DNA of 64,000 nucleotides, taken from Verrucomicrobiota bacterium. Its GTDB lineage: Bacteria; Verrucomicrobiota; Verrucomicrobiia; Verrucomicrobiales; DEV007. The stretch lies in the NCBI GenBank assembly GCA_045046875.1, contig JASFYY010000133.1:1-64000 (forward strand), given 5' to 3'. Positions 1 to 7,056 of this stretch are shown one piece after another (positions within the stretch are counted from its first letter, which is position 1; every line of letters starts with the position of its first letter). A program made the translations under genes and the position numbers. Below the pieces are notes generated by a model that did not search any database, was not told the origin of the DNA, and worked only from the letters and a program-made list of their open reading frames with translations.

Positions 1-1369
1 TTTTTGATTGCGGGGTGAGCGTTAAGGTATGCCCATCATTTTTCAGTCCTTGCGCGAGCACCGTGGAAAATTCGTTGGTGGGATGGGTTTCGATGGGGGA
101 TTGCCAGATGTCCGCAAAGAGTGGTCGGGTATGCCAGGTGACTTTGTAATCTTCTGGCAGGTTTTTTTTGCCGTAACGGAGAGACCAGTTCACCATCCAC
201 ATTTTGGGTTCGATCACCACACGACCGGAATTGGAAACAAAACGTGTTTTGTGATCACCTTGACCGTCGGGGCCGGTTTTCGATCCGCTGACTTCATAGC
301 GCAGGATATCCTTTTCGAGGTCACATTCGAGGATGCGAGCGGTCCAGGTTTCTACCTGCAAAGGGGATTGATGGTCGAGGCGATTGAACGCGGGTCGTCC
401 TGCGAACGGGGTAGGGCTGGGACGGGTGTGGTAATAAAGTTCGGGAAATTGTGAGGGGGCTTTGCCGTCCAGTAGCACGGAGGCTTTGGCCGGGGTGGTG
501 GAGGCGGCGATGACATCGATGCGGTTGCCTTTGAAGTCCAGAGTCAGGGAACCGTCGTCCTGGTGTTTGATTCGGGGATCAGTCATTGGAACTTCAGTGA
601 CTAGATTTTTCCACATCTCGTTTGAAAAGGAGGGGTCATAACGCAGATGCGGTTTGATCAGTTCGGCGATAAGGAAATTGCCCAGCTCATTTGGGTGGAC
701 GGTGTCGCGCAGGGTATCCTTGACCACAAGCTGGTTTGTTTTCAGGTAGCGTTGCATTCCAGTGCGCACATCGGCTACCTCGCAATTAAGTTCTTTGCCG
801 AGGCGGTTATAGAGATCAGAGATCGCCTGGTCCTGGGCATCTTTGGCAAGCACATCGGGGTGCTGCGGGTCTCCGTCGGGCGGAACCGGTTTCGGCCAGC
901 GCAGGTTGCTGGTCCAGAGCAAGACTTCGGCGGTGGTGCGTTCGCGGATGCGACGTATAATTTTTTCCTGATGTCCACTTTCGACACCCGCCCAGACGTG
1001 AAAGATCACTAAGTCGGGGTAGAAGGGGTAGAGATCAAATTCGGCGGTGTTGATCAATACCGGGCCGCCGTAACCGCCGATGGCGCGGTTTTCGATTTCG
1101 AGATCGGCATGGGGGAAGCGTTTGCGCAGGTCGTCAGCGACGTCGTTCCACCATGGATTGCGGGTGACTGATTGTCCGTAGAAAAGGATGCGCACATGAT
1201 GGCTTTTTTTTGCTGTGCTTGTCGCCAGCAGGGCCATGGTGCGTTGAATTTTTGAGCCGAAGGTGGAGGTGTCACCGGCGGGTTCGGGTTTGGCAAAGGT
1301 CGCGGATTGTTGAGCGTTCAGATTGAGAGTCAGGAAAGCAAATACCAATAGGGGAAGGATAAATTTCAT
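1..1369 (-). CDS. Secreted SGNH/GDSL-type hydrolase-like protein (3' end runs off the window; absent from the ORF track)
   Basis: Hand translation from ATG 1369: MKFILPLLVFAFLTLNLNAQQ (signal peptide) ... ILFYGQSVT (GDS-like block I) ... NRAIGG (block II) ... DTVHPN (DxxH block V). Frame stays open to the window edge. Confidence 0.75.
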   Translation of the reverse strand, partial: MKFILPLLVFAFLTLNLNAQQSATFAKPEPAGDTSTFGSKIQRTMALLATSTAKKSHHVRILFYGQSVTRNPWWNDVADDLRKRFPHADLEIENRAIGGYGGPVLINTAEFDLYPFYPDLVIFHVWAGVESGHQEKIIRRIRERTTAEVLLWTSNLRWPKPVPPDGDPQHPDVLAKDAQDQAISDLYNRLGKELNCEVADVRTGMQRYLKTNQLVVKDTLRDTVHPNELGNFLIAELIKPHLRYDPSFSNEMWKNLVTEVPMTDPRIKHQDDGSLTLDFKGNRIDVIAASTTPAKASVLLDGKAPSQFPELYYHTRPSPTPFAGRPAFNRLDHQSPLQVETWTARILECDLEKDILRYEVSGSKTGPDGQGDHKTRFVSNSGRVVIEPKMWMVNWSLRYGKKNLPEDYKVTWHTRPLFADIWQSPIETHPTNEFSTVLAQGLKNDGHTLTLTPQSK

Positions 1370-1400
1370 GTAACTATTTAGATCGTTTTAAAAGAGTTTA

Positions 1401-1522
1401 ACCGCGGATTACACGGATGAACGCGGATAAGAAAAGATTCAATTCATATAAATAACGGTGTTCATTTCAAACTGAGCTACATAATTTGAGTGAAGCTATC
1501 ATTGCCACCTCTTATTCGCGTT
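1401..1522. repeat. Degenerate REP-like inverted pair (CGGAT-unit type)
   Basis: ACCGCGGATTACACGGATGAACGCGGATAAGA at 1401-1432 contains three CGGAT units. TCTTATTCGCGTT at 1510-1522 matches the reverse complement of 1420-1432 at 12 of 13 positions. Confidence 0.5.
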
Positions 1523-1593
1523 ATTTGTCTTCGGGCAGTTTGCATGCCTGAACAATATAATTGCATAAAGAATAGAGGACTGAGATTTAACGG

Positions 1594-1920
1594 TTAAGCG
1601 GAAGTTTCGTTCAAAGAGCGGTCGAGTTGGTCGAAGCGGAACAGGCAGCAACCGAGATCGAGGGTGTTTTTGTTGCGCTTGAGGTGTTGTTGTAGGTCTT
1701 CGGCGATACTATAGAGGCGTTGTTGCCCTCTTTTTTCGCAGTCCACCAAGGTGGCGTCTTTGAGCACGCGCAGGTGCTTGGAGACATTGTAGGTGGTTAA
1801 GTCCAAAGCCTGTGCCAGTTCGGTGACGCTGCGCTCTTGCTCCAGAAGCAAATGCAGAATGCGCAGACGGTTCTCCTCGCCGAGGGCGCGCAGGGCGGTG
1901 ATGCAGTCGAAATTTTTCAC
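1594..1920 (-). CDS. ArsR/SmtB family transcriptional regulator with C-terminal vicinal Cys pair
   Basis: ALGEENRLRILHLL...SVTELAQAL...NVSKHLRVLK winged-HTH signature and a C-terminal LDLGCC. GTG 1920 is preferred over the ORF-track start at 1956, which lies in the predicted -35 box. Confidence 0.9.
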   Translation of the reverse strand: MKNFDCITALRALGEENRLRILHLLLEQERSVTELAQALDLTTYNVSKHLRVLKDATLVDCEKRGQQRLYSIAEDLQQHLKRNKNTLDLGCCLFRFDQLDRSLNETSA

Positions 1921-1927
1921 TGAAGGC

Positions 1928-1956
1928 AATCTAAGCCCGGCATTCTGCCGATGCAA
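1928..1956 (-). promoter_or_regulatory. Putative sigma70 promoter giving a leaderless or near-leaderless ArsR transcript
   Basis: Minus strand reads TTGCAT-N17-TAGATT, then 7 nt, then GTG. No SD motif precedes the GTG. Confidence 0.55.
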
Positions 1957-2032
1957 GATGGATGGAGAAAAGGAAGTTGAATTTTTTTGTAAGGTGATGT
2001 TTGGCGGTGACGACTGGGTGGTGACGATTAAA

Positions 2033-2054
2033 TAGTTGCTTCAATACGCAAATA
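2033..2054. promoter_or_regulatory. Candidate ArsR operator upstream of the pstS-like gene
   Basis: Imperfect inverted repeat TAGTTGC-N8-GCAAATA (6 of 7 match), 25 nt before the pstS ATG. Confidence 0.4.
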
Positions 2055-2079
2055 AGCATAATTTTTACAATTTTATAAG

Positions 2080-2940
2080 ATGATGAATTACAAAACTTGG
2101 ATTTCCTGGTGTTCGGTGGGCTTGGTGGTCATGCTCGTAGCTGTGACCAGCGTGCGTGGGGATGTTTTGAAAATCAATGGTTCGACCACGGTGAATCCTC
2201 CGGCGGCCGAGGCGGCGGAGATTTTACGCGAGGAAAAAGGGATGACGATACAGGTGGATACGCAGGGTGGGAGTTCGGGTGGGATTTCGATGTTGGGGGA
2301 TGGTCTGGTGCAGCTCGGCATGGCTTCCAAACCGGTCAGTGACGAGTCACGGGCACGGTATCCCGCAGTGCAGTTCAAGCAGATTCATGTGGGGGAGGAT
2401 GCGGTGGCTTTGGTGGTATCGCGGGACGTGTGGGAGGCCGGGGTGGAGGCGATCAGTAGGGAGGAGATGCAGGGCATTTATGAAGGGCGGATCAAAAACT
2501 GGAAGCAGCTTGGAGGACCGGACAAACGCATTGCTTTTTTTAATAAAGAGCCGGGACGGGGGACTTGGGAGGTTTTTGCCAAATGGTTGTATGGCAGTTC
2601 CAAAAAAGCCCCGCAGGCCAGTTTTCCTGAAGTCGGGGGCAATGAAGAAGCGCGCAATAAAGTGGCATCTACCCGTGGAGCGATTTCCCAGTTGTCTTCG
2701 TCATGGGCGGATGGCAAGCGGGTGTTTGCTTTGTCGATCAAATTGCTCGATGGCAGATCGGTTTTGCCGAGTAATAAGAATATCGCATCTCATCAATACC
2801 CGATGAGTCGTCCTTTGTATTTACTGAGCAATGGTGAGCCGAAAGGCGAGGCGAAAACCTTTGTTGAGTTTTTATTGAGCGAACGCGGGCAGGCTTTGGT
2901 GCGCAAACACGGATACCTATCGCTCGATCAATTGCATTGA
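2080..2940 (+). CDS. pstS: PstS-family ABC transporter substrate-binding protein (atypical binding motifs)
   Basis: Signal peptide; INGSTTV, QGGSSGGI, DAVALVV and YPMSRPLY motifs; first gene of an ABC operon. Confidence 0.85.
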   Translation: MMNYKTWISWCSVGLVVMLVAVTSVRGDVLKINGSTTVNPPAAEAAEILREEKGMTIQVDTQGGSSGGISMLGDGLVQLGMASKPVSDESRARYPAVQFKQIHVGEDAVALVVSRDVWEAGVEAISREEMQGIYEGRIKNWKQLGGPDKRIAFFNKEPGRGTWEVFAKWLYGSSKKAPQASFPEVGGNEEARNKVASTRGAISQLSSSWADGKRVFALSIKLLDGRSVLPSNKNIASHQYPMSRPLYLLSNGEPKGEAKTFVEFLLSERGQALVRKHGYLSLDQLH

Positions 2941-2958
2941 TCGAGCCTCCGTTGATAC

Positions 2959-3909
2959 ATGCAACAAAAAACTCCCAGTTTGATGTCCTTGCAAGGGAGC
3001 AAAATAGGCAAGTGGTCATGGACGCGCTTGATGAGCTTTTTTTTCACCGCTTTGGCGGTGGTTTTTTTATTGTTCATGCTGTTTTTGTTTGTCTGGCAAA
3101 GTCTGCCGGTTTGGCGTCAATCCGGGCTGGCTTATGTAACCGGCGAAACTTGGTATTTTCGTCAACAGGAGTTTGGCGCTTTGGCAATGATCTACGGCAC
3201 GCTGGTGGTTTCACTGGTGGCCTTGCTGCTGGCCGCGCCTGTGGGGATCGGGGCGGCTTTGTTCACTGCGGAAATATTACCTCGGCGATGGCGATTGCCG
3301 GTGAAAGCGGCGGTGGAGCTGCTCGCCGGGGTGCCATCGGTGGTGTATGGTTTGCTCGGGATCCTGTTTTTGCGCAACTGGGTGTATGATGGTTTTCAGC
3401 ACTTTGATTTGCTCAGTGGGGATACCTTGCTGACGGCGGGTATTTTGCTTGCATTGATGATTTTACCCACCGTGATGACCTTGAGTGATGATGCGTTGCG
3501 GACGGTTCCTGCTGCGCAAGGTCGCGCCGCTCGTGGACTGGGTTTGACTCGTGCGGAAACCGCGATATGGGTGAGCCTTGCCCAATCATGGAGGGGTATG
3601 GTATCGGCATTGTTATTAGCCTTGGGACGGGTGTTGGGGGAAACCATTGCGGTGTTCCTAGTGGTCGGGCGGCGTGACAATGCTTTGCCGGAGAATTGGC
3701 TCTCACTGCGTCCGCTGATCGAATCGGGGCAGACTCTGACCAGTAAGTTGGGTGGATCGGAGACCAACATCGCCTACGGGGATCCTTTGCACTGGGCGGC
3801 GATGGTGGGTCTGGCTTTGTTGTTGCTATTGTTGGTCGCCGGGATCACTTGGCTGGGCACCGTTTTGATGCGGAGAAAGGAGGGTGAAAGTCATGCGTCG
3901 TTGCATTGA
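2959..3909 (+). CDS. pstC: Phosphate-type ABC transporter permease PstC
   Basis: FGALAMIYGT, VELLAGVPSVVYG, ILPTV and ALGRVLGETIAV motifs. Confidence 0.9.
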   Translation: MQQKTPSLMSLQGSKIGKWSWTRLMSFFFTALAVVFLLFMLFLFVWQSLPVWRQSGLAYVTGETWYFRQQEFGALAMIYGTLVVSLVALLLAAPVGIGAALFTAEILPRRWRLPVKAAVELLAGVPSVVYGLLGILFLRNWVYDGFQHFDLLSGDTLLTAGILLALMILPTVMTLSDDALRTVPAAQGRAARGLGLTRAETAIWVSLAQSWRGMVSALLLALGRVLGETIAVFLVVGRRDNALPENWLSLRPLIESGQTLTSKLGGSETNIAYGDPLHWAAMVGLALLLLLLVAGITWLGTVLMRRKEGESHASLH

Positions 3910-4744
3910 TCGTTTGTTTGTTCTGGCTACCGCTGCTTGTCTGATTTTTGCGCTGGGGGTGATAAGTTTCATTGTAGGCGTTATTGTTTGGCGGGGTTTT
4001 GGTGCCTTGTCGTGGCAGTTTCTGACCGATCAAATCAGGTCGGCGGGGGCGGCGGGCGGTATTTTTTACAATATCGTGGGCACGCTTGTTTTATTGGCAA
4101 CGGCTTTGGTGGTGAGCGCTCCTTTGGCGACCGGATTGGCCTTGATGCATGGAGTGTATTTGAAAAAACAGCGCAGCAGAGAGCGGCTGTGGATGTTTCT
4201 TTCTGTTCTTAATGGGGTGCCTTCAATTTTATTCGGCCTATTTGGTCTGATGGTTTTTGTTAAATTTTTTGACTGGGGAAAATCATGGTTGGCGGGTGGA
4301 ATCTTGCTGGGCTTGATGATTTTGCCCACGGTGGCAGTGGCTCTGATCGAACGGATCAAAACTTTGCCAAAGCAGTACATCGAAGCCGCGGCCGGATTGG
4401 GTTTGAGTGATAGTCAAAGGGTGTGGTCGGTGGTGTTGCCGCAATCGGTGGGAGGACTGGTCACGGGTTTGTTATTGGGCCTGGCCCGGGCGGCGGGAGA
4501 GACAGCTCCGATCATGTTCACGGCGACCATTTTTGCCGGGGCCAACTTTCCTACGGGGATAAAAGAGAGTCCGGTATTGTCATTGCCATATCATATTTTT
4601 GTTCTCGCCCAGGATTCGTTTGATCCGGCGGCGGCAGAAAACCTGTGGGGTTCGGCCCTGGTATTATTGGGGTTGGTCTTGTTGTTGAGTTTGCTGGCAT
4701 TGCCGGCACGATTAAATTTTCATGAGGAGGCGGGAAATGATTGA
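3893..4744 (+). CDS. pstA: Phosphate-type ABC transporter permease PstA
   Basis: GGIFYNIVGT, LNGVPSILFGLFG, EAA loop and ARAAGETAPI. ATG 3893 follows an AAGGAGG SD and overlaps the pstC 3' end. Confidence 0.9.
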   Translation: MRRCIDRLFVLATAACLIFALGVISFIVGVIVWRGFGALSWQFLTDQIRSAGAAGGIFYNIVGTLVLLATALVVSAPLATGLALMHGVYLKKQRSRERLWMFLSVLNGVPSILFGLFGLMVFVKFFDWGKSWLAGGILLGLMILPTVAVALIERIKTLPKQYIEAAAGLGLSDSQRVWSVVLPQSVGGLVTGLLLGLARAAGETAPIMFTATIFAGANFPTGIKESPVLSLPYHIFVLAQDSFDPAAAENLWGSALVLLGLVLLLSLLALPARLNFHEEAGND

Positions 4745-5570
4745 GAAAAAAAATAACGAACAAGAGGGACACGTGGAAGAGGGGGCGTGCATTCTGGCGA
4801 CACGTCAACTCAGCGTGTTTGCAGGTAAAGACACTTTGTTACAGGGGATTGATCTCAGCATAAATGTGGGTGAGGTTTTTGGGCTCATCGGACCTTCAGG
4901 CGCGGGCAAAAGCACTTTGCTGCGTTGTCTAAATCGGCTGATAGATTTGGATCAGGGTTTGCGAGTGGAAGGAGATGTTCTATTGCACGGTCAATCGCTT
5001 CGTGGTCGTGGGGTGGATGTGGACGAGTTGCGGGTGAGGGTGGGCATGTTGTTTCAACAGCCGGTGGTATTCCCGCTGAGCATTCTAAAAAATGTTCTTT
5101 TCGGGGTTCGTCATCAACGCAAGATTGCCCGCAAGGATCGCTTGCTTGTAGTTGAAAAAGCTCTGCGGGATGCAGCTTTGTGGGAGGAGGTCAAGGATCG
5201 ACTGCACAGCGCGGCGATGAAACTTTCGGTAGGGCAGCAGCAGCGTCTTTGCCTTGCCCGGACCTTGGCGGTGGAACCGGAGATCATTCTGATGGATGAA
5301 CCAACCAGCGCCTTGGATCCCAAATCAACACAAGCGATCGACGACTTGATCATGAAGCTGAAAAAAAAGCGCACGATTGTTCTTGTCACCCACCATTTGA
5401 ACCAGGCTCGGCGCCTTTGTGACCGGGTGGCTTTTGTCAGCGCCAAAAGTGGTGAAGGAGGTCGTATTGCTTGTATGGGAGAGACCGATAAGGTCATGTC
5501 ACGCACGGATTTGGCTGAGTTGAGTGATTTTATCGGCTGTGAGCAGGGGGTCACCTGCTGCGAATCGTGA
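4737..5570 (+). CDS. pstB: Phosphate-type ABC transporter ATP-binding protein PstB
   Basis: Walker A GPSGAGKST-LLRCLNR, VGMLFQQP, LSVGQQQRLCLAR and MDEPTSALDP; C-terminus CEQGVTCCES. Confidence 0.9.
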   Translation: MIEKKNNEQEGHVEEGACILATRQLSVFAGKDTLLQGIDLSINVGEVFGLIGPSGAGKSTLLRCLNRLIDLDQGLRVEGDVLLHGQSLRGRGVDVDELRVRVGMLFQQPVVFPLSILKNVLFGVRHQRKIARKDRLLVVEKALRDAALWEEVKDRLHSAAMKLSVGQQQRLCLARTLAVEPEIILMDEPTSALDPKSTQAIDDLIMKLKKKRTIVLVTHHLNQARRLCDRVAFVSAKSGEGGRIACMGETDKVMSRTDLAELSDFIGCEQGVTCCES

Positions 5571-5590
5571 GCTTTGATGGATCATGGTTT

Positions 5591-6760
5591 TCACATGACC
5601 GAGCGGCGGGCGTTTTGAAAGGCTGCCGGGGTTTCTCCATATTCTTCACGGAAGACTGTGGTGAAATATTGCACGGTGCGGAATCCACAATGTTGGGATA
5701 CGCTTTTAATTGGTAAATTTCCGGCGGTGAGCATTTTTTTCGCCTGACTCAGTTGTGTGCGCCTGATCTCGCTGTGAATACTGCGCCCGGTGTGTTTCTG
5801 GAAACGGGTTTCGAGCGAGGTGCGGGAGATCATCACGGCATCGATGACATCGCGGACCTGGATGGAATCACAAGCGCGTTTGCGGATGATCTGCAGCGCC
5901 AGAGTGACGGCGTCGTCATCAAAGGCCAGAGTATCAGTGGAACCCCGTTCGACCACACCAACGGGTTCAATGGTGCGTTCGAAGGCTTTAAAACGTTTGC
6001 TGGACATCAGTTTATCCAGATTCGCAGCAGCTTCATAACCGAGATGTTTGGCTCCTTGTTCGATGCTGCTGAGAGGAGGCTGGGTGAGCTCGCAGATGAG
6101 CTCATCGTTGTCCACTCCGATGACGGCAACTTCATCGGGAACGCTCAGCCCGACATTGCGGCAAGCTTCTAAAACATGACGGGCGCGGGCATCGTTGCAG
6201 GCCATGATGCCGATAGGTTTTTGGACTTTTTGCAGCCAGCTGCCGAGGTGGTTCTGGAGTTTTCGCCATTGGCGGGTGGTGGTGAAGCGCCCGTTGTAGA
6301 TTTCGCAGGGATAGGATCGTGAGCTTAGGTATCGAGTGAATGAGTTTTCGCGTTCTTTTGACCACCCATTGAGTGGAGTTTTTGGCATGCCGCAGTAGGC
6401 AAAATTGCGGAAACCGCGATCAATCAATAGGGTGGCTGCTAGTTGTGATATCTTTTGGTTATCGGTGCGTAAGTAGCAGATGTCCATGTCGGGGTGATAT
6501 TGGCCATAACCACCTCCCAGGCCAACCACAGGCACGTCAAGGTTACGCACGGCATTGAATACCCGTTGGTCGTCAAAGTTGGCGATCACCCCGTCACCGC
6601 TCCAAGAGCGAAAGTCGGGAAGTTTGTCGAGCGGCTCTTCTTCAACGTAAAGGCTCCAGTTGCCAACTTGTTGCACATACTCAGCCAGTCCGGAAATGAC
6701 TTTTCGGTCGTAGGGTTTGGTGGCATCAACGATGACGGCGACGTGACGTTCTTTTGGCAT
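5591..6760 (-). CDS. XylR-type transcriptional regulator (LacI-like ligand domain + AraC HTH)
   Basis: ACNDARARHVLEAC...VPDEVAVIGVDND...PPLSSI; C-terminal SRTSLETRF...CGF...YFTTVFR..G.TP AraC signature. Likely start MPKERH at 6760. Confidence 0.9.
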   Translation of the reverse strand: MPKERHVAVIVDATKPYDRKVISGLAEYVQQVGNWSLYVEEEPLDKLPDFRSWSGDGVIANFDDQRVFNAVRNLDVPVVGLGGGYGQYHPDMDICYLRTDNQKISQLAATLLIDRGFRNFAYCGMPKTPLNGWSKERENSFTRYLSSRSYPCEIYNGRFTTTRQWRKLQNHLGSWLQKVQKPIGIMACNDARARHVLEACRNVGLSVPDEVAVIGVDNDELICELTQPPLSSIEQGAKHLGYEAAANLDKLMSSKRFKAFERTIEPVGVVERGSTDTLAFDDDAVTLALQIIRKRACDSIQVRDVIDAVMISRTSLETRFQKHTGRSIHSEIRRTQLSQAKKMLTAGNLPIKSVSQHCGFRTVQYFTTVFREEYGETPAAFQNARRSVM

Positions 6761-6860
6761 AAAAAAACGTAAACGAGTTACAGTATTTTGTAAAAGCCAA
6801 ATACCTTGCCTGTGTGACGAGGGGGAAGCCGTTAAGCGATTAAAGTTTTGAGTACCGCTA

Positions 6861-6970
6861 GGTTTTTGGCGTATCTTTTCGTTTTCCATCTGCTGCTGAA
6901 GCAGATTCATCGCCTCGGGTAGGCGAGGTGAATGCGTCAATGGCTCGATGAGTGTTTCCAGAGTGGTCAT
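6861..6970 (-). pseudogene. Possible 5' fragment of a Uma2-family endonuclease gene
   Basis: MTTLETLIEPLTHSPRLPEAMNLLQQQMENEKIRQK resembles, from memory, the helical N-terminal extension of PVC/Bacteroidota Uma2 proteins. The resemblance stops at about 6861. Confidence 0.35.
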
Positions 6971-7056
6971 GCCAGTGGAAAGACATCATTACGACTTGAT
7001 TCTTGCAAGTTGAAGCCGCTATTTCCTCAGTGGTTGAATAAAATACTAAAAACCTG

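Noticed and set aside
29..1296. ORF-track entries 29..454, 647..1012, 775..987 and 1054..1296 as genes
   Set aside because: All are shadows of the longer minus-strand SGNH-like frame starting at 1369.
2050..2079. Pho box upstream of pstS
   Set aside because: AT-rich, but no convincing 11-bp-periodic direct repeat.
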